From: Phycisphaerae bacterium
GTDB taxonomy: Bacteria > Planctomycetota > Phycisphaerae > UBA1845 > Fen-1342
Assembly: GCA_050115495.1 (NCBI GenBank)
Contig: JASFQK010000002.1
Span: forward strand, 148,739 to 212,738
Reading direction: 5' to 3'
DNA length: 64,000 bases
Below, piece after piece: positions 35,195 through 43,874 of this stretch (its first letter is position 1; each line of letters starts with the position of its first letter). The notes below the pieces were generated by a model. The model was not told where the DNA came from, ran no database searches, and saw nothing but the letters and a program-made list of their open reading frames with translations. The translations under genes were made by a program, and so were the position numbers.

Positions 35195-36028
35195 GTGGGG
35201 AATTCGATCCACTATGAGCAAGGTGAGGCGCAGGCACGCTGTGTGCTGGAGGCAAACGGCCTGACCACACTGCCTGTATGCCCATTCGCGCTCGCAGAGA
35301 AGCACGATATCGTGGTGAGGACACGCAAGAGCGGGGAGCCGGGGGTAACGGGCTTCCTCATGCGCATAGGCCAGGAGTTCGGCGTCTACTACGCCTCGCA
35401 CATCGATAACGACGGGTTTATTCGATTCACGGTCGCACACGAGCTGGGTCACTACTTCATACCCGGTCACCCGCAAGCGCTCTTCCCTAATGGCGACGGC
35501 ATCCACGCGAGCCGGGCCTGGAATCCGACGGGAGATCGATATGAGAAGGAAGCTGACGGGTTCGCTTCCGGTTTGCTCATGCCTCGAGAGCTGTTTGTCG
35601 CGGAGATGCGTGAGCTTCAGAGCGGTTTCGCGGCAATCGAATCGCTGGCATCGACATGTCGTACATCGATTACCTCGACGGCGATTCGCTACGCCCGATT
35701 TGCCGATGATCCGGTCGCGGTCGTCGTGAGCACGGGGGCCCTCATAGACTACTGTTTCATGTCGGATGCGATACGGCGAATGGAGGGCGTGACGTGGATC
35801 GGCAAGGGCGAGAGCCTCCCGCCGCGATGCGAAACCAGGAAATTCAATTCGACGTCATCGAATGTCTCCAGCGGGAGGAAAGCGTATGGATGGGCCTCGA
35901 TGGACGATTGGTTCGAGGGTGCCCCACAGGTCGAGATGAAGGAGGACGTCGTCGGTCTCGGTTCGTACGGCAAGACTCTCACCGTGCTATTCACGGACCA
36001 GGCAATTGACGATGACGAGATAGACTGA
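35195..36028 (+). CDS. ImmA/IrrE-family zinc metallopeptidase (CapP-like)
   Basis: RFTVAHELGHY (HExxH), EKEADGFASGLLMP, HTH-like 'LASTCRTSITSTAIRY', C-terminal GAF-like region. Confidence 0.92.
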   Translation: MGNSIHYEQGEAQARCVLEANGLTTLPVCPFALAEKHDIVVRTRKSGEPGVTGFLMRIGQEFGVYYASHIDNDGFIRFTVAHELGHYFIPGHPQALFPNGDGIHASRAWNPTGDRYEKEADGFASGLLMPRELFVAEMRELQSGFAAIESLASTCRTSITSTAIRYARFADDPVAVVVSTGALIDYCFMSDAIRRMEGVTWIGKGESLPPRCETRKFNSTSSNVSSGRKAYGWASMDDWFEGAPQVEMKEDVVGLGSYGKTLTVLFTDQAIDDDEID

Positions 36029-36175
36029 GATGCCGGTTTGGTTTGCGTAGCAGAAGAGGGCAACGAGCCCACGGCCCGAGCGCCCGAAAGCGCAAGAAGC
36101 GACCCGCTGCCGCGTCGCCGCGACAGCGGGTCGGTGTCTCGTGTGCGGACGGTGCGTCCCCGGGCCGCGATGCGC

Positions 36176-37114
36176 TTAGCGTCGCCGCAGCAGCGTCAGC
36201 GCAGCGCCGCACAGGACCATCAGGCCGCTGGTCGGCTCGGGAATGAACATGAGCCCGCGCGGCTCGGAGAGAACGCCGCCGCCGGGAATGAACACGTCGA
36301 TGAACTCGCCGGTCGTGGCGTCGTAGCGCTCGACCGAGCGCTGCGTAATGTCCGTGGTCCACGTGCAGGCGTAGAGCTTGCCGTCCGGGCCGAACTCGAT
36401 GTGGGACAGCGGGGCCTCGGTCGTCAGGAACGTATCCAGGTGCTCACCGGTGGCCCAGTCGTAACGCTCGATCTTCTTCGTGGTGTAGTCCGAGATGTAC
36501 AGCATCCCGTCCGGGCCGAAGTCCAGCGACATCGGGTAGTCCATCTCCGTGATGGGCGCGAAGTCACGCACGAGCGTGCGCGTCTCGGGATCCCACACCT
36601 GGACTTTGTTGCCGCTGCTGACGCTGGTGGTCACGTAGATCATCCCGTCCGGGCCGAAACGGAAGTCATGCGGATACCGCATCGTCGGGTTGCCGAAGTC
36701 GTGGACGAAGCTGCCCGTGTCTGCGTTGAAGACGCTGATGCGGCGGGTGTCGTTCGCGGCCGCGTACAGCTTGTCGTCGTGGAAGATGATCGTGACGATC
36801 TCTTCCATGTTGCTGTGCTCCGCGAAGTTGCCGAGATACTCGCCGGTCGGCCAGTCGAAACGCGTCACGCGCGAGGAGCCGAAGTTGCCGACGTAGATGT
36901 CGCCGTCGGGCCCCTGGGTGACGTCGACCGGGCTACTGAGGCCGGTGCCGGTCGCGAAGGTGCCCAGGAAGTCACCCGTTTCGAGGTCGTAGCGCAAGAT
37001 GCTGTTGTTGGCCCGGCTGGTGACGAGCACCTCGGTTGGTGACGCCAGCGCCACACCGGCCCCGATGGCCAGCACGGCCAGGATACCCACTGCAATTCTG
37101 CCTCCGGTTCGCAT
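36176..37114 (-). CDS. PEP-CTERM sorted beta-propeller (NHL/Vgb-like repeats) protein
   Basis: Signal peptide; repeated FGPDG..Y and RYD..TGEF; C-terminal IPEP-TM-RRR. Confidence 0.9.
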   Translation of the reverse strand: MRTGGRIAVGILAVLAIGAGVALASPTEVLVTSRANNSILRYDLETGDFLGTFATGTGLSSPVDVTQGPDGDIYVGNFGSSRVTRFDWPTGEYLGNFAEHSNMEEIVTIIFHDDKLYAAANDTRRISVFNADTGSFVHDFGNPTMRYPHDFRFGPDGMIYVTTSVSSGNKVQVWDPETRTLVRDFAPITEMDYPMSLDFGPDGMLYISDYTTKKIERYDWATGEHLDTFLTTEAPLSHIEFGPDGKLYACTWTTDITQRSVERYDATTGEFIDVFIPGGGVLSEPRGLMFIPEPTSGLMVLCGAALTLLRRR

Positions 37115-37430
37115 ACTCCTGCTCCTTCCGTCCCCCGTGTCTCCTGGCCGACCTTACTAGATCGAACCCGTCCGGCCGCGATACCCAACCGCGACCACTC
37201 GCAAGCGCATTCCGTCGCCGGCGCGGCGACGAGTCACTGATCTGCGTTCGCAACGGTGACCGGCATTGCCCGGCTGCGTCGCTGGCCGCGTCGCGAACGC
37301 CAGCAGCGCTCGTCCCGCGATCTCAGGCCGCCGGTTCGGCGGGCATTCCTCTCGTATGACGTTGAACATTGCCCACTTCCGCTCCGCGTTCGCGCCACTG
37401 CCGAACGCCCAATCCGATGCCGATGGTCTT

Positions 37431-37459
37431 ACTCTAACGCCGCCTGAGACGTTCGTCAA
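37431..37459 (-). promoter_or_regulatory. Putative sigma70 promoter for the PEP-CTERM gene
   Basis: Minus strand TTGACG-17 bp-TAGAGT. Confidence 0.5.
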
Positions 37460-37469
37460 GAAGATACGT

Positions 37470-37491
37470 TAGATTTCTCGTTAGAAATCTA
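37470..37491. promoter_or_regulatory. AT-rich perfect inverted repeat, candidate operator
   Basis: TAGATTTCT-CGTT-AGAAATCTA between divergent genes. Confidence 0.6.
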
Positions 37492-37558
37492 GATGCGACT
37501 TGTTCCGGATCGTGAAATCGAATATCATCCGGTGCATCGGCGGTGTTGGGAGAGATCC

Positions 37559-38854
37559 ATGGCGACCACAAGCTCAAAGGCCCCGGCTTTCGAAGTCGCC
37601 GCCAATCAGATCCTGTTCGAGCTGCGACAGGCGTTCGTGGTGCTCATGGACCAGGCCGGCCTGGCGGGCATCAAGCCACTGCCTCTTGCGCGCAAACTTG
37701 GTATTGATAAGAGCTTAGCTTGGAAGATCCACCGAGTGGTCTACCCCCAGACATCGATGGACGTGGTTCGTCATCTTCCCGGGTCGGCGAGCATTCGGCG
37801 GTTTGTCGACGCCGTCCGCGCGAAACGCGCCAGCGATTTCGACCAGGCCCAGATCGAGCGGGCGATCTCCGGGCTGGAGCAGATCATTCGGACCCATTGT
37901 GGCGATCGGGCCACGTTCCAGATGATGATGAACAGTGTCGCCGACGAGCCGTCGGAGGAAGTCGCCGAGCAGCATCGGCAGGAACTGGTGCGGGGGGCGA
38001 GCTATGTTTGGGGGGCACATGCGCGGGTCACGATGCGGGCGGACTTTGTCGCGCCGTCGGCGACGCCGGGCATGGTGGACATCGCGTCCGTACGTGGCCT
38101 GGTGGATCTCGTGCGTTATCGGCCGAAGGTTCCGTGGGTGCTGTCGCACATGGGAGCGGTGGATAACGACATGCGCCGCCGATCGGAGCCGTCGCGGCAG
38201 GCGATCGACCCTTCGCAGCGGTGCGAGGAGGCGGCTCCGCTGCTGACGGAGTTCTGCTCGAAACCGCCGCCGGTGACGCGCCGTGTCCCGAGCACGCCGG
38301 GTTTGCTTCAGGACGAGCTGGTCGAGGAGCGGATGGGGACGACCGGGCTGGTCACGTGCATGACTGGGGAGCGCGTGCTGGCGGTTACGTCGCGATACCG
38401 CGATGAGCACAACGACAACACGCGGCACCGGGCGATTCTGCGGACGCCGAGCGACCTGCTGCTCTTCGACTTGTACGTACACCGTGATCTGAAGAGCGCG
38501 ATGAACCCGCAGTTCGTGCTCTACAGCAGCCTGGAAACCGGGCCGATGGTGCCGGCTACGGCTTTCGAGCGCTACCACCTGCCGGCGGCGGAGACGGTGA
38601 AGAGCCTCGGTGCGTTTCCGCCGATGACCGCGACGCCGGATGTGCCGCGCTATGCCGACATGACGGCGTACGTGTTTGAGCGCTGCGGCTGGCAGGCCGC
38701 GGACTTCGCCGGCTTCCGGTTGCAGATGACGTATCCCCCGCTTCCGGCGGTGGCGGTGCTGCAATGGCCGCTGGCGGAGCGGCCCGACCTGTCCGGATCA
38801 TCAGCAGGGTCTGAGGGGCCTGATTCACCGCCGCCGGGATTCGTTCCCCGCTGA
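37559..38854 (+). CDS. Hypothetical protein with N-terminal HTH-like segment (possible regulator)
   Basis: 'PLPLARKLGIDKSLAWKIHR' resembles an HTH; GGGAGAG RBS; remainder unrecognised. Confidence 0.65.
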   Translation: MATTSSKAPAFEVAANQILFELRQAFVVLMDQAGLAGIKPLPLARKLGIDKSLAWKIHRVVYPQTSMDVVRHLPGSASIRRFVDAVRAKRASDFDQAQIERAISGLEQIIRTHCGDRATFQMMMNSVADEPSEEVAEQHRQELVRGASYVWGAHARVTMRADFVAPSATPGMVDIASVRGLVDLVRYRPKVPWVLSHMGAVDNDMRRRSEPSRQAIDPSQRCEEAAPLLTEFCSKPPPVTRRVPSTPGLLQDELVEERMGTTGLVTCMTGERVLAVTSRYRDEHNDNTRHRAILRTPSDLLLFDLYVHRDLKSAMNPQFVLYSSLETGPMVPATAFERYHLPAAETVKSLGAFPPMTATPDVPRYADMTAYVFERCGWQAADFAGFRLQMTYPPLPAVAVLQWPLAERPDLSGSSAGSEGPDSPPPGFVPR

Positions 38855-38893
38855 TCGGCGACGTCTCCCGCTTGGGTGCGCTGCCCTCTGTGA

Positions 38894-39400
38894 CTACGGT
38901 ACGTCCCCCTTGATCGTCTCGAAGTAGACTCGCTCGAAGGGCTGCGCCTCGGCGGGGGCCACGAACGCGTAGCGATGGCGGACGCTCGAGTCTCGACTGG
39001 GGATGTAGTCGAACGTGTACCGTACGTCCGACTTCAGCTTGCCGACGAGATAGAACTCGGGGTTCAGGGCCTGACGCTCCTTGATGAGGTTGCTCCAGCC
39101 TTCCTTGCGCAGCTCGATCTTCTGGCCGGAGTCGTCGCGGAGGACGAAATGCTCGGCGATCCACTCGGGCCAGGTCTGCCGCGAGACGGTGCCGTCGGCC
39201 AGCGTCACCGACGTGAGCTTGTCCTGCATGGTCATCGCCATGGCGACCACGACGTGCAGCTCGATGTCGCCGCTCTCCGGGTTCCCCATGGCCAGGCCGA
39301 TCGCGAAGCCCGGGTCGCTTTTCGTTTGGCTGTACACATACCAGGCCCCCAGCCCGCACGCCGCCACAATGACCAGACCGATGATTGCCCTCGGTTTCAT
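38894..39400 (-). CDS. Exported or membrane-anchored hypothetical protein
   Basis: MKPRAIIGLVIVAACGLGAWYV N-terminal anchor; GAGGGA RBS; genome-typical codon usage. Confidence 0.7.
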   Translation of the reverse strand: MKPRAIIGLVIVAACGLGAWYVYSQTKSDPGFAIGLAMGNPESGDIELHVVVAMAMTMQDKLTSVTLADGTVSRQTWPEWIAEHFVLRDDSGQKIELRKEGWSNLIKERQALNPEFYLVGKLKSDVRYTFDYIPSRDSSVRHRYAFVAPAEAQPFERVYFETIKGDVP

Positions 39401-39534
39401 GATTTCCCTCTCACCGACGTGCCCCACATGACGTGGCTCGACCCCACTGCCGAGCCATGCACGGCCAGTATAACGCAAGTCGCCCTCGGTAGTGCGTGTT
39501 CCTCGGACGCTCATCGAACCGGCGCCTCGGGTGC

Positions 39535-39939
39535 TCAGATCTCCCAGCCGCACTGGGGACAGCGCGGCTCGGTCAGGCGGGCCAGCGTGTGCCGGCAACG
39601 CGGACAGCGAAGGCGTCCGCTGCCGTAGACGCCGTCCGTCAGTGTCAGCCAGTGATAGACAAGCAGGGTCACGAGAAACGGCGGGATCGTCATTACGATC
39701 AGCGCAAGCTCGATGCGGCCGAGGGCTCCCATCAAGTAATACGGCAGCCGCGTCTGCCGGATGACCAGCCAGTAGGCGACGAGCGCGACGGCGAAGACCG
39801 GCAACGTGGCGATGAGGCGCAGCGGCCAGGCGATTCTCCGGCGGCTCTGCTGAACCCAGCCGCAGGCGGTGCATTGGCTGCGCCGCCTTCGCCGTCGCAA
39901 GGCCCCGCCGCAGGATGGACACTGCTCCGCAGGCTTCAT
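39535..39939 (-). CDS. Small membrane protein with N- and C-terminal zinc ribbons
   Basis: CPSCGG...CTACG, 2 TMs, CPRCRHTL..LTEPRCPQCG. Confidence 0.75.
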   Translation of the reverse strand: MKPAEQCPSCGGALRRRRRRSQCTACGWVQQSRRRIAWPLRLIATLPVFAVALVAYWLVIRQTRLPYYLMGALGRIELALIVMTIPPFLVTLLVYHWLTLTDGVYGSGRLRCPRCRHTLARLTEPRCPQCGWEI

Positions 39940-39989
39940 CGCGTCGCCCTCTCTGGAACACCGCACCGCCGGCGGCGAGCGTTGCACGG

Positions 39990-40394
39990 TCAAATCACCC
40001 AGCCACACTCTGGACAGCGCGGTTCGGTCAAGTGCATCAGCAGATGGCCGCAGCGCGGGCAGTGCAGCCGCCCGTCACCATGGGTTTCATCAAAGAACGT
40101 CAGCCAGTGATATACGAGGACTCCCAGCAGCAGCGGCAGGATCGCCATCGCCGCGAAGAAGGGCTCGGCGCGCATGCCGAAGAACCACGCCGGATCGGGC
40201 CACGGGATACACTCGAACGCGCAATACACCGCCCGGTAGCCGCCGATGAAGACGAGCAAGGCCGCGATGCAGCGCAGCGGCCACGGTGCCCGTCGCCGAA
40301 TCCTCAGCACGCGGCCGCAGGAACGGCAGCGGTTGTGTCGCCACCGCCGTTGCAGCACGCCAGCACAATCCGGGCACTGTTCCGGCGAGAACAT
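39990..40394 (-). CDS. Small double zinc-ribbon membrane protein (tandem paralog of 39535..39939)
   Basis: CPDCAG...CRSCG, 2 TMs, CPRCGHLL..LTEPRCPECG. Confidence 0.75.
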   Translation of the reverse strand: MFSPEQCPDCAGVLQRRWRHNRCRSCGRVLRIRRRAPWPLRCIAALLVFIGGYRAVYCAFECIPWPDPAWFFGMRAEPFFAAMAILPLLLGVLVYHWLTFFDETHGDGRLHCPRCGHLLMHLTEPRCPECGWVI

Positions 40395-40509
40395 CAGGCA
40401 GCCTCCTTGAGCGGACCGCTCGGTTGTCGGGGCGGTCGCGGTCGGTCGGCGCAGTGGTACGTCTCGCGCGACGATTGGTCAAGCGCGCTTCCGGACGACG
40501 GGCCCGCCC

Positions 40510-40537
40510 GTAGCATCGGCCCCCCGTGGCCGACGTC
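40510..40537 (+). repeat. GTAG-type REP-like palindrome
   Basis: GTAGCATCGGCCCCCCGTGGCCGACGTC; near-identical copies at 48645-48672, 58173-58200 and 63816-63843. Confidence 0.8.
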
Positions 40538-40642
40538 AAATGCCAGGAGGGCCTCAGGCACAGCGATCAGACGTCCGGTGCAGAGCCCGGACGCTACGCA
40601 CATGGCTGCTCGCGGGTCGAGCTTCGCGGCGTCGGCGGAGAT

Positions 40643-42124
40643 TCACCGCTCATCGCCGGGGTCGTTTTCGATGATCCAGCGGTTGCGCTCGGTAACGCGC
40701 TGTCGAAGGAGTTTCGGGTCCGCCCCCGTGACGATGAACTGCCCCATCAGGTTCTTCGCCGGTCTCGACGTACCGCTGTCGTCTGCGTAGCGCACAAGCA
40801 GCCCATCGATGCGACATAGGAGGTCGGCGGCCAATTCGTTTTCCGGACTGAAGACCTCGTCAGTCACATGCTTCATATGCAGTTGGAGCATCGCGTTGAG
40901 TGCGCGGGCCCAACGCCAGCGCATCTGTTCGTCCCGTGGAACTAGGTCCAGTGCGGTGAGCAATTGCTGATCTGGCCGCCGCACGGGCGGGCGCCCCACC
41001 GTGCTCCACAGGGCATCCATGGCAGCCGCGTGGCATGCAACATCCCGGGAACGCACCAAGCAAGCCATACCTCTCCATCTCGCGGTATCGTTGACTCCAC
41101 GAGTCCAGCGCACCGCTAGACTGTGATCAGGCTCTCGCCACTCTGCAGCGGTGCTGTCCAGCACCTCGCCGTATGGCGGTCCGAGCGCTGCCGCCGTCGA
41201 GGCGGCTGTCTCTTGGAACTGCTCCGGCGGTGCGGGCCGCAGCAGGTCCGTCACGAAGTCGCGCATGACCGGGGCATCCACATCCGCCAGTAGCTCCAGC
41301 ATCGCCCGGCGGGTTTCGACCGAGCTCGTTGAGACCCAGTCGCCCTTCGCCAGGCGCTCCGCCGCGGCGCGCAGCTCTTCCAGCCCGCCGTACGACGGAC
41401 CGGCGGTGCAGTCCTGCAGCAGCCGCAGACGCTGCTCATCCGTCAGCGCCGGCCATGATTCCTCCAGTGGTGCCGTGGTCAGCACGATCCCGCGCAAGGC
41501 CAGCCAGCGGAAGGCTTGCACACGGACATTGAGACTCTGGTCGGACAGCGCGGCCGCCGCCGCCGGGATGGTCATCGTCGGGTTGGGCTTGTCCGTCGGC
41601 GGAGCGATGCACTGTGGATCGTCGGCGAAGCCGATCGGGTCGCCGCACACAGCGAGGCGGGCGCGGACCAGGGCGCCGAGCGTTTCGTCGCCGAGGCGCC
41701 GATTGTCGCTGGCGAGCGCCGAAACCGCCTCCCGTAGCGCCGGCTGGCGGTATTTCAACAGCCCCTCGGCGGCTTCGAGGGCGATGGCGGCGTTCTGGTG
41801 TTGGAGGAGGTTCTTGAGCGGCTCCAGGAACGCCGGCTCGGGCCAGTCGCGGGCCTGGTGCAGGTAGGGGTCGTCGGTCCAGCCGCGCGGATCGCCGGGA
41901 TACGTCGAGCCGTTCTCGTCCGTCAGGCGTATGGCAACCTCGGCCGCCAGACGTTCGAGCGGCGGCTGCTCGGCGGGCGCCGTGGTCGTCGCGGGCGTGT
42001 TCGCCGGCGCCGACGTCGTCCCCGACGGCTGTGCGCCACACGTCAGAGCGAGCGCGACAGCGGCGATCCACACCGCCGCAAACCGGCTGCCTTGTTGTTC
42101 GTTGATGTTTCGCTTGTTGCTCAT
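40643..42124 (-). CDS. Secreted HEAT-repeat-like helical protein
   Basis: Signal peptide and T/S/P linker; 'LLQHQNAAIALEAAEGL' and 'ALSDQSLNVRVQAFRWL'; GGGAGG RBS. Confidence 0.6.
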   Translation of the reverse strand: MSNKRNINEQQGSRFAAVWIAAVALALTCGAQPSGTTSAPANTPATTTAPAEQPPLERLAAEVAIRLTDENGSTYPGDPRGWTDDPYLHQARDWPEPAFLEPLKNLLQHQNAAIALEAAEGLLKYRQPALREAVSALASDNRRLGDETLGALVRARLAVCGDPIGFADDPQCIAPPTDKPNPTMTIPAAAAALSDQSLNVRVQAFRWLALRGIVLTTAPLEESWPALTDEQRLRLLQDCTAGPSYGGLEELRAAAERLAKGDWVSTSSVETRRAMLELLADVDAPVMRDFVTDLLRPAPPEQFQETAASTAAALGPPYGEVLDSTAAEWREPDHSLAVRWTRGVNDTARWRGMACLVRSRDVACHAAAMDALWSTVGRPPVRRPDQQLLTALDLVPRDEQMRWRWARALNAMLQLHMKHVTDEVFSPENELAADLLCRIDGLLVRYADDSGTSRPAKNLMGQFIVTGADPKLLRQRVTERNRWIIENDPGDER

Positions 42125-42261
42125 CGTCATGCCTCCCGTCACGCGGCGGTCGCCGCAGAATGGCCGCGCACCCTTGGTGAGCCGTACTCCCCCTATTGTA
42201 CGCACGTGGTCGTTCGCGGTTGCTCTTGCGGTCTCGGTTGGGTGGGGACTGTCGGGGGGGG

Positions 42262-42861
42262 CTACCGCGGGTCAGGTGTTGAAGTGCCGGGCGGGGTGGC
42301 CCGATAGGCTTCCCGCGCCTGCGTGATCGCCAGGGCGCACCACTTCGCGGCGGTGGCGCCGCCGAGCCGCTGGCCGTTGTACGTGGCCAGCACGATGCCG
42401 TCCGCTGATTCGAGCGACAACCGCCCCGAGAGCCAGCGCCAGCGGGCGCAGTGCAGCCGGGTCCACGGGGTCAGGTTGTCCGCGCCGGCCTCCTCCTGAA
42501 GCCGAACACCGCGATGGTTCAGGATGAGCCACGCCCGCTCGGCGTGCCGGCTGCCGCGCACCAGCGACCACAGCACGGCCCCTACAAGCAACGCCAGGAA
42601 GTACTCATCGCCCGCCTTCATGCCATGGTCTAGCCAGACCCAGCCCAGCAGAGCGATGAGCAGAAGGCCGAGCCAGACTTGCCGGAAATCCCCTTTCGCA
42701 GGCTGCAGCTCGATGACGCGGCACAGCGGATCGTACTCCAGCCCGCACTCCGGACACGTGTGAACACTCGGCAGTCCGGCGAGGCTGTACCCGCACCGGC
42801 GACAACGCGCATCGGCCGCCAGCGGTTCGATGTCGTTAGGTGGGTTGCCGTGCGGGGTCAT
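42262..42861 (-). CDS. Zinc-ribbon membrane protein with PH-like C-terminal region
   Basis: CRRCGYSLAGLPSVHTCPECG; 2 TMs; 'LILNHRGVRL...TPW..L'. Confidence 0.7.
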   Translation of the reverse strand: MTPHGNPPNDIEPLAADARCRRCGYSLAGLPSVHTCPECGLEYDPLCRVIELQPAKGDFRQVWLGLLLIALLGWVWLDHGMKAGDEYFLALLVGAVLWSLVRGSRHAERAWLILNHRGVRLQEEAGADNLTPWTRLHCARWRWLSGRLSLESADGIVLATYNGQRLGGATAAKWCALAITQAREAYRATPPGTSTPDPR

Positions 42862-42904
42862 GTTTGCGCTCGTGCGGGCTGGTGGTGGCTGGGGTTGCTC
42901 GGTG

Positions 42905-42950
42905 CAGAGGGGCAAAGGAGCAAAGGAACAAAGGGGCAAAGGGGCAGAGG
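42905..42950. repeat. Octamer tandem repeat (GG[G/A][G/A]CAAA) x~5
   Basis: cagaggggcaaaggagcaaaggaacaaaggggcaaaggggcagagg. Confidence 0.8.
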
Positions 42951-43025
42951 CCTGCGGTCTGGCGGTGGCGGGGACTGCTTCCCGCCGATTGCGACTCGGT
43001 TGGGGACGCCGAGGGTCATACGCTC

Positions 43026-43874
43026 CTACTGCCCCATCTCGCGGCGAAGGTCCTCCAGGTCCACAGACGGCATGAGGCACTTGACCTTGTCTGTATTAAG
43101 CACCTCTAGGAACATGTCGATCAGGGCCAGATGGTCAGTCGGCTCGCTGATCTCGTCGATCACGCCGTACAGTATCACGGCCAGCTCGTCGTGGCCGACG
43201 TCTTCGCCCAGGCCGAAGCGCGTGAAGGCCCGCGCCTTTCCAACCGACAAATGGATGACCCGTCCGGCGTCCATCTCGCACGCGTCGAACACGCCCTGCG
43301 CTTGTTCGAGAAACTCGCCTTGCGTAAAGTACGCGGCGCCCCGAGATTGCCCGGCGTGAGACGCCGACGTCCGCTTCCCGCGCCGCCGACGCAGGCGGTA
43401 TTCTAGCGCTGAGACCTCATAGATATCGTGCTGCTCGCAGAACGACTGCGGCAGCACGACGGTCCGGGGCAGTGTCCACAACGCCTCGACGACCGACTCT
43501 GGCGTTCGCTTGCCGGCGAAGAAATACAGCCGAGCAGACCACGTCCCCACGAATAGCAGGTCGGCCCCCCAATGCATCCAGAACGTCCTTCCGGAACTGA
43601 GGCTCCTGTCCTTCCCGCGCAGGACGGGAGGGTAGAACTCGTGGACGTCGACGACTCCGAGCACTCCTGTGAGCGGGTGAAGGAAGTCGTGTGGGCGATG
43701 AAATGCACGGACGCCTTGCTCCGCCAGGCGATCGATGACGCCCTGGTTCGAGCACTCGCCGCAGGCCTCGTGGAATCGCCGAACGGGTCGCTCGACGTCG
43801 TCGTCCGGCCGCGTCGGCTGGCGATCGTCCTGCTCCTGATCTGACCCGCCTTCCGGCTCCCCAGTCCCCATCAT
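43026..43874 (-). CDS. Hypothetical protein, tandem paralog 1 (start uncertain)
   Basis: Shares VDVHEFYPP, SSGRTF.MHWGADLLFVGTWS and QGVFDACEMDAGRVIHLSVGKARAFTRFGLGE with 44032..44745. Confidence 0.65.
   Translation of the reverse strand: MMGTGEPEGGSDQEQDDRQPTRPDDDVERPVRRFHEACGECSNQGVIDRLAEQGVRAFHRPHDFLHPLTGVLGVVDVHEFYPPVLRGKDRSLSSGRTFWMHWGADLLFVGTWSARLYFFAGKRTPESVVEALWTLPRTVVLPQSFCEQHDIYEVSALEYRLRRRRGKRTSASHAGQSRGAAYFTQGEFLEQAQGVFDACEMDAGRVIHLSVGKARAFTRFGLGEDVGHDELAVILYGVIDEISEPTDHLALIDMFLEVLNTDKVKCLMPSVDLEDLRREMGQ

Noticed and set aside
34844..36028. XRE plus ImmA pair as evidence of a prophage or ICE
   Set aside because: I found no integrase, phage or conjugation genes, no tRNA target and no flanking att repeats.
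37115..37430. tRNA or c-di-GMP riboswitch in the PEP-CTERM leader (GGTTCGATC and GACGCAGCC fragments)
   Set aside because: I could not build a cloverleaf or the GEMM consensus by eye. An Infernal scan would be needed.
40394..40603. 69-aa ORF
   Set aside because: It spans a REP palindrome and has no protein-like features. The same 'DVGHGGP' translation appears at the spurious N-terminus of ORF 58155.
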